Origin: Octopus bimaculoides
Lineage: Eukaryota
DNA length: 64,000 nt
Assembly (NCBI RefSeq): GCF_001194135.2
Contig: NC_068981.1
Span: 149,873,275-149,937,274, forward strand
Direction of reading: 5' to 3'
Positions 11,852 through 23,987 of this stretch are shown here, one piece after another. The translations under genes and the position numbers were made by a program. The notes under the pieces are model-generated. The model made no database searches. It was not told where the DNA came from and was given only the letters and a program-made list of their open reading frames with translations. How positions within the stretch are numbered: the first letter of the stretch is position 1; every line of letters starts with the position of its first letter.

Positions 11852-11912
11852 GATAACTGAAGAGATGTTGGCGTGGGCTCCCACCCCGGCATCCGAAACT
11901 CGGAGTTTTATC
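11852..11912 (+). ncRNA. Type I hammerhead ribozyme with intact core and long helix II
   Basis: Helix I GATAA(11852-56)/TTATC(11908-12); CTGAAGA 11857-63; long GC-rich helix II GATGTTGG-C-GTGG/CCAC-C-CCGGCATC with one bulged C; GAAA 11895-98; helix III ACTC(G)GAGT; GUU triplet ending at 11907. Confidence 0.85.
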
Positions 11913-14900
11913 ATGGCTACCGAATAAGTGTCACATATTGTTACAGATAAATTTTCCTATTTACATAATATCGAGGTCGCATTCTTTCTTTTGTTGTCCT
12001 TCCTATCAATATATATATATATNNNNNNNNNNNNNNNNNNNNNNNNNNNNNNNNNNNNNNNNNNNNNNNNNNNNNNNNNNNNNNNNNNNNNNNNNNNNNN
12101 NNNNNNNNNNNNNNNNNNNNNNNNNNNNNNNNNNNNNNNNNNNNNNNNNNNNNNNNNNNNNNNNNNNNNNNNNNNNNNNNNNNNNNNNNNNNNNNNNNNN
12201 NNNNNNNNNNNNNNNNNNNNNNNNNNNNNNNNNNNNNNNNNNNNNNNNNNNNNNNNNNNNNNNNNNNNNNNNNNNNNNNNNNNNNNNNNNNNNNNNNNNN
12301 NNNNNNNNNNNNNNNNNNNNNNNNNNNNNNNNNNNNNNNNNNNNNNNNNNNNNNNNNNNNNNNNNNNNNNNNNNNNNNNNNNNNNNNNNNNNNNNNNNNN
12401 NNNNNNNNNNNNNNNNNNNNNNNNNNNNNNNNNNNNNNNNNNNNNNNNNNNNNNNNNNNNNNNNNNNNNNNNNNNNNNNNNNNNNNNNNNNNNNNNNNNN
12501 NNNNNNNNNNNNNNNNNNNNNNNNNNNNNNNNNNNNNNNNNNNNNNNNNNNNNNNNNNNNNNNNNNNNNNNNNNNNNNNNNNNNNNNNNNNNNNNNNNNN
12601 NNNNNNNNNNNNNNNNNNNNNNNNNNNNNNNNNNNNNNNNNNNNNNNNNNNNNNNNNNNNNNNNNNNNNNNNNNNNNNNNNNNNNNNNNNNNNNNNNNNN
12701 NNNNNNNNNNNNNNNNNNNNNNNNNNNNNNNNNNNNNNNNNNNNNNNNNNNNNNNNNNNNNNNNNNNNNNNNNNNNNNNNNNNNNNNNNNNNNNNNNNNN
12801 NNNNNNNNNNNNNNNNNNNNNNNNNNNNNNNNNNNNNNNNNNNNNNNNNNNNNNNNNNNNNNNNNNNNNNNNNNNNNNNNNNNNATATATATATACACAT
12901 ATATATATTTATTTATTTACTTTAAGAAGTGACGGAACTATTGTAATATATTGTTACCTTGTACATAATGAATGACATAGATAAATCATGAAGTTGAGAT
13001 AAATAGATAGTACCACATTCCATGGTTATTATATTTTATATCATTATTTTCGTTTCTGAAGTGGAATCTTACTGTCATTAGCGTTGTTTTTTTCTATCCA
13101 CTTTTGGTGAAATAGGTATGAAGCAACACCCGGTCATCTGACTATTATATATCAGAACTAAAACGATACGGATCGAACATTTACGTGGGAATGAGAAGGA
13201 AAGAAATTAGTATGCATAAAAACCATCTGAAAAAATTTTCCCGTCGTCCTGACGGGATCACTAAACCTATAGAAAGACACTACAAGATAGATAACTGCGC
13301 ATAACTGAATTTGTGTTAAAAAATTTAGCGCAAAAGCAAAGTTCAATGATGTTGTACGTGGTAAAGACCAAAACCAATGTAGTTCTCAAAACTCTCAACA
13401 AATGAGAACTAGGCTATCCGGTTATCATTTGCTGAAAATGAAAGCAGCAGATTTACGCTCATTGGGACGATAGAAGATAATGCTCTAAGAACGCATCCTA
13501 TCATGAAGAAAGGGCTAGAATATATAACAAAGACGTTGTTCCTTTCTCTCTAATTGTAACCAGCGCGATTTCGTTTGTTTGACAAACCGGTAACATATCA
13601 GCACAATCTATGAGCTTGAAATATTTGTACTATTTGGAACAGTGAAAATAACTCAGACTTAAAAGAATATTTATTGGTAAAAAGTTTTCGCAGTATAAAG
13701 CTTAGCATTGCAGGTCTGAATGAAACTCGTTAGCAAAACATCCTAAAATAGGAGGTGGGCGCGCTTTTCTTTTTTATGAATGCAGAAGCTAGATTTGGTT
13801 AGGAAGCTATAAATGGCATTCTCAATCACTAAAGGAAGAAACAATGGAGTGCGTTTCAGATGCGTCAGTGAGTAGCACTCCACAGTAAATATAAATGTAA
13901 CAATATTCAGATATTGCGTGCAAACATTTACAAAACTGGAAGATAGTAAAAACAAGTAAATTTTCGAAAATTGTATCTCCTCATTTGAAATTTTCCCCTG
14001 AATGTGGCACTTTGCCTATCTTCGGAGATTTTAATCGATGAATTGGTATGAATTAAATCGGAAGAGTGTTAGAGAAAGGTTGGAAAAATGTATCACCAAG
14101 AAAATTATACATTAAAGAACCCCTACTTGTGAACGCGTGTGTTTTATACTCCGTTTGCTCTTTGTTAGTGAACCAGACCTATTTGAAATAAATCGTGGAT
14201 GAACTAATTGATACTTCATTGAGATCATCACTGAGAAAGTATATTAATGTTCCCAGAATAAAAAAACATCAAATTAGGGTACGGATAGAAAACATTTCTG
14301 TGGAATGTTTTAAAGCTAAAACAATTTTTTTTTTAATCCTTAGTAAAATAACCGTATCCTTTAAAAAAATATATTGAAAGAGTAAAAGGCAATTAATTTT
14401 CATGAAGCTTTAGGTCGATAAGGATTGGAATGTATTCAGATATGAATTTTATTAACCGGCCTTCAACTAATTTGATAAAAGCATGATAAACATTTGGATT
14501 AATTTGGTGTGAACTATGGAAAGATAAAAGCTACTTTAGACAAAACAATAGAAATATTCGAACAAAACTATCTGTATTCAAAATCGAAGACATATAATTA
14601 ACTGTTTAGTTCATTCGAAACTTTGAAACATGCAGATCAGATGGGTCAGTGAAAAAATTGAAAAATACAGGAATATTTATACAGAGAAAATAGTTATCAG
14701 GATTTTTTAAAAGAATTTACTTAAGTTTTCGATGGGGGGCAAACTGAGAGAAATCAAACGCATACGACACACCGCCGCTTCAATTGCAGTAATTAGTCCA
14801 AGTGAAAGCCAATGATCATTTTTAGACTTCTCAAACTACTTTCTTTGAAGAGATATTTGTCCCGAATTGGAGCAAGATGAATATAAAATCATGTCCCATA

Positions 14901-15769
14901 GGATAGGAAAACCTCTCGAGGCGCTTTCTACTTGTGTAAGATTCAGAAGCTAGATTTCTTTCCGCGAAGAAAATGTACGTAATGTCAAATGCTTTTTGTA
15001 AATAATATGTTCTATGCCATGTTCAAATGAACGCGACTGAGTGAATTTCACTAAAGCTGCTCAAATGCTAGTGAATGAGATATAGTGCAAAACCATTTGT
15101 TGTTCGTCGATTGTAATTCACAATATCCAGGGCTCCTAAACGGATTCGCCTTTTCTTCCTATTATGGTTTTTTTTAGAATGAGAAGAGTAGATAACATAA
15201 TAATTATTCACAATTAAGGATACAAAAAATGATATACATAAATAAGAAAATTAGTAAAATATAATTGAATTAGAGGGAGAAAGGATAATAAGCTAATAGA
15301 AACGAGGAAAAAACATTTTTTAAATAAATGAACACAAATATTATTGTAAGTGTAATTTAGAATTCACATGAAAAGAAACGAAATGCTGGAATGACAGTGA
15401 AATTCAGCAAAATCAGGATAATAAGGTAGAGGTAGACGGGTTATTAACATGCAATTTTAGTCTGGCTTAAGGAATAAATATTAAGAGCATATATTAAGGG
15501 ATCAATAATCTAGAAACGATTAGCGTGAAAATCAATCTAGAATATAATTTGAAGAAGTTATATATGATGGCTGTGTGTGTAGGGAGGGGAATTAATTGAA
15601 GTGGTAGTTGAAGTCATGACGTTTAGGGTAAATATGAAGGAAAATAAAATGAAATGATAAAAATTTTATGACGAGGTTCTGAAGAAAAAGAAAATACGAT
15701 TGAAGACATTTTAATCCAGAAGTATGAGAATATTTTATCATTGTTCTTAAACTTTATTTCATGTAGCAG

Positions 15770-15985
15770 TAGTCTGGCAGAATTCATAGTTCATCGAAGT
15801 AGATTTCTTGTGGCATTTAATTATGTTTCTTTATGATCTAAATTCAAATTTCACCATTGTCAACTTTGCCGTTCCTCTTTTATGGTTCGGTAAATTTGAG
15901 TACCAGTAAAATACTGAGGATGATTAATTGATCAATCTCCACTCCCTTGAAATCCATGGTCCTGAACCAATACTAGAAGCAATTA
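15770..15985 (+). mobile_element. Decayed SINE family B copy
   Basis: ctggcagaattc head; ttcaaatt..gtcaactttgcc..taaatttgagtaccagt matches the family B core loosely. Confidence 0.45.
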
Positions 15986-16522
15986 TATATTCTAAACATT
16001 TTTACAGCTTTTGGTTAAATATCAAGAAATGGGCCATTATCCGGATGATTACATTTATCAGGTTGAGTATAGCAGGAAAGTATCTTTCATTAAGGGCAGA
16101 ACTAATATATCGTAAAGTGATTTATTCAAAGAGAACCGTGACTCTGATATTTCAACGACGTCCACTGATATACAGCCAGTGTCTCCTGCTAACTAGCAAA
16201 TTCTACTCTCAAGATCAATGTGAATATAGAGAAGACAATATCCCAAGGTGCGACGCAGTCGGTTCGCACACAAAAATTCTCGTACAAATGCAAGCTTTTG
16301 AGCTGTAGAAGCAAAAGAGAAAAACAAATAATGTAGCTCAATGATTTATAGACAATTGATTATCCATTTTCATTCATAGCATAATTCTTACAATTATACA
16401 ACTTTATCTAACCTTTTGTGTGTTAGCGTGGGGGAGGGGCGTATATATGTGTGTGTGAGCGTGTATGTGTGTTTGTGTCTGTGTGTGCACGTGTGGATTG
16501 ATATAAATGTACTCACACTCAC

Positions 16523-16568
<46 letters not shown>

Positions 16569-17325
16569 TTTATAATTTTTTCTTCTTTCTTCAAATTTTC
16601 TTCCATTTCTCGCCGAGTATCTTCTGTACACCTAAGGCAGAGAAACTCGTTGTATGCATTCCTAGTTAACACAGGCAAATTCACAGGTAAGATATGTATG
16701 TAACAAAAAATTAATTAATAAATAAATTCATGAGTGGATGTTGTTTTCACAGCGATAATGCTCTTCTCAGTACATGAGTCGTTTCAGTTAACACGATGTT
16801 TTGCACTTCCTGTAGGGATGGTAAGCCTGGTATCATTTTCAAATAGGTTTCAGTACCTTTTTTTATCAGTCCTAGAGATCCTACACTCACTGGTATAGTA
16901 GTCGCCTTGAGATGCCACATTTTTTCAATTTCAATTAGCAAGTCTTTATATTTACTGATCTTGTCAAATACTTTCGCCGCTATATTATGATCAGAGGGAA
17001 TACTCATGTCAATTAATAAACACGTCTTCTTTGTCTGATCTTTTATAATAATATTCGGTTTATTAACTTTTATAGGTTTGTCGGGGAACTCCCAGAGAAT
17101 CGATTCATTTTCTCCCTCAGTCACAGCTTCAGGATGGTGTTTATACCATTTGTCAGCAAAGTGGTATGCTGTCAAAGGCTTTTTTTATAATCAATCAATC
17201 CATGAAGAGCTGAGATTTCTGCGCTTGCTATGGCAGTTCTCAAGGATCATGCGATTAATGAGGAGCTGATCTTTGCATCCGTATGAGCCTCGTCTGCATC
17301 CTTTTTGTTCAGTGGGAATATTATT
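16523..17325 (-). mobile_element. R4/Dong-clade non-LTR retrotransposon fragment 1 (RT start fused to RLE domain, (TAA)n tail)
   Basis: RT motif PTEQKGCRRGSYGCKDQLLINRMILE..WID(YKKAFDSIP); ORF 16747-17175 encodes an RLE (KWY.H.PE..ILW..NKPNIII..LLIDMSIPSD..KISKYKDL..IPVSVGSLG); 3' UTR followed by (TAA)n at 16523-16567. Confidence 0.85.
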
Positions 17326-17539
17326 AAGGCCGTGAGCTGGAAGAATCGTTAGTACGCCGGACAAAATGTTTAGCAGCATTCCGTCCGAATTTAAGTTATG
17401 ATTTCCAATTCGCTCGAGATCGATTTTGCCTTTCATCCTTTCGGGGTTGATAAATTAAGTACCAATGAAGTTCTGGGATAGATGTGATCGACTATGACCC
17501 TCTCATAAAATTTCTGGCCCTGTGCCTATAGCAGAAAGG
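17326..17539 (+). mobile_element. tRNA-derived SINE family B, full length
   Basis: aaggccgtgagctggaagaatcgttag head; ttttgcctttcatcctttcggggttgataaattaagtacc core; gtgcctatagcagaaagg end. Confidence 0.85.
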
Positions 17540-18220
17540 ATTATCATTATTATTATTGTTATTTGGTTTGGCTCAGATTCTGTCTTATTCCTTGAAGGAT
17601 TTATGTGGGAAGCGAGTTACTACTTGTAACTTTATGTATCCACAAGTTTTCAGCTGTCTTTCAAATGCTTAGAACCCTCCTGATATTCCTTGCTGTCCCT
17701 AAGAGACAAACTTTTTGTTGGAGCGTTACAGAGTATTCTATTCCAATCTCCTTCGGCCATTTGTCTATATTTTTGCTTACTGTTCCCAACGCACCAATTA
17801 TTATAGGCACAACCTTTACACTTCTCACACTCCGAATTCTTCCTATTTCAAATTTTAAGTGTTTTTTTCTTTTCCTCTTCGCCTTCTTTCTTTACGATTC
17901 TGGATTCAAAGGAGCATGATGGGTCGATTAGTAAGCAACTTCACTTTTCTTTATGTATGACGTTCTGTTATTATTTATCTTCTTGTCCGTTTGAATATCA
18001 AAGTTCCACAAAATCTTACAGTTCTGCAACTCTAGATCTCTTTCGACTCAATGATTTTACCATGTGTTTCCAGTTTCAAATCCCCATTTCTGGCAAAGTT
18101 TCCAGTGTAAAACGTTTACAATCTGGTCATGCCTCCATTTCTTATATTCTTTTTGTGCCAACTTGCGACATTCTGTCACAATGTGTGCTACTGTCTCGTT
18201 CCAAGTTCCACAGGCTCTAT
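17540..18220 (-). mobile_element. R4/Dong-clade non-LTR retrotransposon fragment 2 (5'-truncated: CCHC knuckle plus RLE)
   Basis: Minus translation RACGTWNETVAHIVTEC..KKWRHDQIV..LHWKLC..KILWNFDIQTD..LIDPSC..LKFEIGR..VPIIIGALG..LGTARNIRRVLSI* (stop at 17661); (TAA)n tail 17540-17563. Confidence 0.85.
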
Positions 18221-18890
18221 ATTATTATTATTGTTTTTGTTGTTGTTGTTGTTATTATTATTATAATAATAATAATAATTTTGGAACGCTTATTTAATAA
18301 ATTGTAATTTCGTTAAATGGTCTACTGTGCTTCTTCGCTGCATAAGTTGCAAACCGTCCGAGCACTCGTGCAATGATGGGTATATTCCATTTAATATTAA
18401 AAGAAATACTCTCATCCATCAAGCTGTAAAAAAAGACTTGAATAGTTTCTATTAGAAATAATAAAAACAGAAAGATTGGAGATGTGGATCATATCTGTGC
18501 ATAAAAGCATTTGCATTCATTCTTGTCTAAACTTCACTACTTTTCGATGCTGTCATTGTATATTTCTATACTTTGCTAAACACAATATCTAGGGCAAGCT
18601 CTAGAATCAGTTCAATTATAATATGGGGGTAGTATGATAAAAAGTTTGATATAATCTTTCCATGTTACCTGTAACTATATTATGGGCTAAATTGTGTGGA
18701 ATAAAATAATTTCTCAGTACCTTATTTTAAATGTTAAATTGGGGAAGAAAATTATTTCTATCAATAAAAGAGAAAATTTTACGCGTTTTCGCTTATGATT
18801 TAATGTTTTGGAATTTACGATTATGCAGTATTTTTATATTTATTCTCTCTCTTACACACTTTTTTTTTACTTTCTCTTTCTGTGTATATG

Positions 18891-18927
<37 letters not shown>

Positions 18928-19020
18928 CTATATATGTATCTGTGTACACAAGTTAATGCTCACATGTACGTGCCTATCACTCTTCCTCTTCCCCCCCTTT
19001 TATACTGTACACACAAGCAC

Positions 19021-19062
<42 letters not shown>

Positions 19063-19783
19063 GGTGAATAAAGGGAGAAAAGAAAACAGTAAAAGAACGA
19101 GAACATACAATATGAGGACAATAAGAGAAAGAGGGAGATAGGGAATAGAGAGCAATTGACATACAGGCTGAAACAAAGAGATAAATGGGAACATGAATTT
19201 ATTATCACGAAAAATACATCGAAACGTGGCAACACTTATAAGCTAATAGATGTAGAAAGTGAAAGTAGTAAATTACAACGGAAAAATAAATACGCGAGCG
19301 AGAGAATAAGCAGAATCGTAATAGAAAATAAAGATCAGGTGAAGAGAAGATATATGAAAAGAGCATAGAGATATTGTCCAAATATAATAAATTAGTTCCA
19401 AGACGAAAATAGTATATGGAAGGAGAGCTTAATAAACACAGAATCAATATTTTGAATAATTGCTGAAAATGAAGAGACTGATTAATCAGAATATGTTACA
19501 TGAAATTAGAGCAGGATCTGAATTCTTTTTTTCCCCTGAGTAAAGAAAGATCACGATCAATTGTCTTTTAAAAGAGGAAGAACAAAATGGAGTCGATCTG
19601 TTGATTTAATTAATTTCCTAAAAGAAAAGAGCTACGTAAGATTAATTTTAGAAATATTAGTGCTTGTTGGCATTAGAAAGCTGTAAAATATCGTGAGTAA
19701 ATTTTCTGATCATTGTCCGTTTAGAGTTTGGTAATTTTATTAAGAAAGGCATAAACAATGTAATCTCATTTTATCCATTTCAA

Positions 19784-19850
<67 letters not shown>

Positions 19851-20699
19851 CCAATAGCTGACGTCGTAAAAGCTTTGGTGGGATGTAGTTTCAAACTTTT
19901 ACTAAAACTATAGCTCCAAATTAAGAATATTCACATATCACTCGATCTTCTCAAGAGGACCGAAAACTCTCTCCAATCTAACATTACATTGTACGGGTAG
20001 GTCATATAATGTAATCCTAGATACAGTATGTATGTGACTGGAAAAAAAGTAGAAGATTATCAACTATAATGACTTATTATGAATAGTCGGTCAACGCTTT
20101 TCTGGGCTAACAAGGCGCACAAGATCAATCCTTCTCCATTCTTCTTTCTTATATTCAATGTTTCTAATTCCTTTATGTGTCAGCAAAATTATTGACAGGC
20201 ATGAAATATATCAATACTACTTGAATAACATTTGTTACGAAACGTAAATTCCTGAAGAATTAAAAAATGTTACAACATTCAGACATACACATGTACACAT
20301 ACGCGAACGCATACATGAACACGGATTTCTTTCGTCTGATTTCAGAGACATTATATATTAGGGGAAACAAAATAGGACGTTTTAATTTTTATTTCTATAA
20401 AAACCTCACCAAATCTTACAAGACAATATATGTGGAAGACAATTTTCCTGAAATAGAGAAATGGTTCGCATGCATGCAATACCAGTAAATTCATGGTTGA
20501 GTATATCAACTAAGAATATGTACAGTCCCTCTAATGGTACTCTAAATGTGACATGCCAAATTTGACGCTCGGTGGGATATAATCGTGATCATGTAACTGA
20601 AAAGCAACGTTCTTAGTTACACGACATTCCTTCCCCTTGATGGGACGAGATGAATGAGAAGTAGCTATGACCTACGAAGACCTTCCTAAATGAGTGAAA

Positions 20700-21185
20700 T
20701 TGATATCAGTAATGGTCCTCCCGAACCATTGTATAACAACACCTGTAAGAAATATTTTAGCAGGGAGGAAATCCCACGGAGCGAAGGCATTAGAAAGGAA
20801 ATGCTAGTGCGGGAGATAGAGGGTTGGATACAACAAGTGTGAAACGAAGGGAGATGAGTGTAAAAGAAAATGCCTGAGTGGAGGTGTCATGAGCTCGGCT
20901 AGCTCCAAGCGCAAACATTATTAAGATAGCGATAGAAAAGGCAGAGGCAGGAGATAACACGCCTGTCAGCCCGAAAGTAACTGTAGGTGACTTTTTGAGA
21001 ATCAGTCGGTTGTCACTTTTCTCAACGTCTCTATCTGCAGCAGCAGCAGCATCGATCCGGATGCGAGAGCAATACTCTGATGTAGAGCTGATATAAGCTT
21101 TGTAATGCAACAGCAATCGAACGGAGCTGAAGTATTTCCTTGCTTTGAAGAAAAGAGCAATCAATATCGGTCAGATTGTGTTAAG
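20700..21185 (-). mobile_element. L2/CR1-group LINE, post-RT C-terminal remnant
   Basis: LFFKARKYFSSVRLLLHYKAYISSTSEYCSRI resembles L..LYK..IRP..EYCS.IW of L2/CR1-like ORF2 ends. Confidence 0.55.
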
Positions 21186-22246
21186 AATATTCTAATGTGT
21201 TTTTACCAGAAGGGATCTTCGGTTATGATTAAATATAACAATAAGAGCGGTTTGGAGTGGTTATAGTTCAGTGATGTTTTGCATTAAAGCAGGGTGTGCT
21301 GCGAAGAAGATTTTTTTTATTAAAATAGCGTTTATGTTTTCTTGGTGTTGGAAGAATCAAGACTAGCTTATCTCTATTTGGGGATGCTTCAAAGTTTCTT
21401 TTCATGTATTTAGTATGTGTGCTTCACATTCATATTTTCTCCTTTACAGAGAGATAATGCGAAATGATATTCAAATTTCCCTTAAAAGCTGAAGGACACA
21501 TTGGTTAATGTCTTTATTGTACAAAATATCCTGTTCGTGGTAACTGAAAGACTTCTGATTATAGGACTGACATTAAGATGAGTATAACTGCTTTGTCCAG
21601 TTTCTTTGCTATGTAAATCAAATGCTTCAAAATCAGAAATATTGGAAACACAAATTACATATTAAGGATGTTTCATTAAAATAACGTAAAAACTAGATAC
21701 TTATATGAATTTAGAAATTTTGATTTTATATTTCTAGTTATGTAAAACCAATTACAACATATGGAAACATAAATGCAGTGCAAACATGAATTATATGAAA
21801 ATAGCGATGATTTGCGTAAGGCATTGTCCAACGCTCTAACAATTCAGCCAATCTACCACGCTTGAAATATTACTGAATTCATAATGAAAACCTTTTGCTT
21901 GTTTTCATTCTTTAAATTTGTTTTCACAATTTAGATTATATGTTTTAAATGCAGGGTGCAATTAGCTGATATATAACTCCATGTTTGTCTTGGTCCATCA
22001 GATACGTGAGCTAAGGTAATCCAGGTGTGACTACCACATCGTTTCAGTTATGAAAGACTGTATAATCTAATGTGTAGTAACCAGTTTGAAAATTGCAGTG
22101 TGCGAACTGAGGGAGGTTTGGAAGGTGGTTAATACACTTGCCAAATCTCCCTCAAATCACAGTTTCTACTACTGTATTGTTAACAACTGGAGAATATTTG
22201 TCAAAGCAACAAGGTTTCAATCAAATTATTTCATCTCTTTGAGAGC

Positions 22247-22400
22247 GGAGGCGTGTGGCATAATGGTTTGGGTGTTGGATTCATGATTGTAAGATCTTTG
22301 GTTCAATTGCCTCAGATTGGATGGCGCGCTGCGTTCTTAGTCATGTTACTTCCTTTTGATGACACTTGCGCACACTTAGCTCAAATGAGAACGAGTGGCT
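22247..22400 (+). mobile_element. SINE family A head, decayed
   Basis: ggaggcgtgtggcataatggtttgggtgttggattcatgattgtaagatctttggttcaatt, with A- and B-box-like motifs. Confidence 0.55.
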
Positions 22401-23169
22401 TATGAAGGCTGCCAACCTTACAACGGGGACAACGTCTTAAGGTTTGCAGTCCTCATGTATGCAGTCAAGCATTCAGTCAGCTAAATACAAAAGCTGCACT
22501 ATTTTCCAGCTTCATGGGAGTCACATTAGATCGAGAAACATATTAACTTTTGAAAAATGCATCACTGATGCAAGTACTCTTGTACTTCCCGAAAGAAATA
22601 TGTTCTCTGTCATACGCCAAAAGAAGCTATTATCTTAATATAGAATATCTTTTTTAATTTCCGAACGCATTTTTCTGTTTCGAAAATAAATGTTTTACTT
22701 TGTACAGTGGTTCATTTTAACAAACATATTTACATTTCAATCTGGCAGTTTTTATATTATAGTATTTTTTCCAAATTTAGTATCTAATTTAGTATTTCAA
22801 AACCATAATTCAAATCCAAATATTTGCTGACTAATTAACTTTTTAAAGAATCTCTCTCTAATTAGAAACGCGTTTTATCCTACAGAAATATTTTAATTTT
22901 AATATCAATTCAATTCCATAAGGATGAGATACTAATGAAAATATAAACACTCACTATTTTTATTTAAGAAAAGAATGGGAAAATTATGGGGTTCTTTTAT
23001 TAATAATTTGTGCTATAGAGTGTATGCTAAGGTCTTATTATTACACGAAGATTATACAAAAGTAACGCAAAAATGGTCGAACTTATTTATCAAGTGATAC
23101 AGGTCGCGCAAATTGCATAACTGCACGCGCGTGTGTGTACATGTGTGTGTGTATGTAACACAGACAACG

Positions 23170-23720
23170 TATTGGCACTATCGTGAAACACAGTTATTGA
23201 GTCCTGTGTGAAAAATTGCAGATGAGCATTGCGGTACCCACTAATTAACATCCACTTGCACTTTGTCTGTGCCATCAAATCGTTATCCTCGAATGTTGTA
23301 CTATACTGTTTCAAACAAGCAGAAGACTGAGGGTGAAAAATTCAGGCTGTACGATAGATGTGGGAGGGGTCCGACCAGCTCAGTTTGTCACTTGCTTGAT
23401 TTGTTACCAAAGACGCGTGCAGTCCATCAACATCATGATGGAAGAGTATTGTTTTCATATAGAGCTTTGATCTCTTCCTCCTAACGACTTCTTTAAGCTT
23501 TGTGTGTGTCTCGATATATCCATCACTGTTTACAGCGCAGGTACCTTCCACAGAATGTAGGAAAATATAGCACTTGTCACTATAAAACCGCTCGCTGTGA
23601 TTTTCTGTGTTTAGTAAGGCCTTTAACGAGAAGTGAGATGTCATTCCATGGACTCAAAGATTGTTTCTAGATCATAAAAATACGCTCACCTACCATCCTC
23701 TCATTATATCGGCTTCTTTG
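23170..23720 (-). mobile_element. mariner transposase remnant (C-terminal half)
   Basis: VNSDGYIETHTKLKEVVRRKRSKLYMKTILFHHD, decayed HPPYSPDL region, then FEDNDLM; typical of mariner DD34D domains. Confidence 0.7.
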
Positions 23721-23904
23721 TCTTCAATGCTAATTTAGCATATATTCTATAAAATTGTCTGTGTTTCTCACTTATCCCGAAATATTTTACCTTCTTGTGT
23801 TAGTATATATTTGAGATGATTATGAAATATTTCGCTTATTTAAAAGACATCTATTACTCTATCTGTCTGGTTGTCTCTCTCCATATATATATATACACAC
23901 ACAT

Positions 23905-23915
23905 AGAGAGAGAGA

Positions 23916-23985
<70 letters not shown>
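23905..23985. repeat. (GA)n microsatellite
   Basis: Seen directly in the sequence. Confidence 0.95.

Positions 23986-23987
<2 letters not shown>

Noticed and set aside
13790-13875. Possible host exon (tgcag acceptor, ATG, gtgagt donor)
   Set aside because: Stops in all frames before the ATGs, no recognisable protein and no partner exon found.
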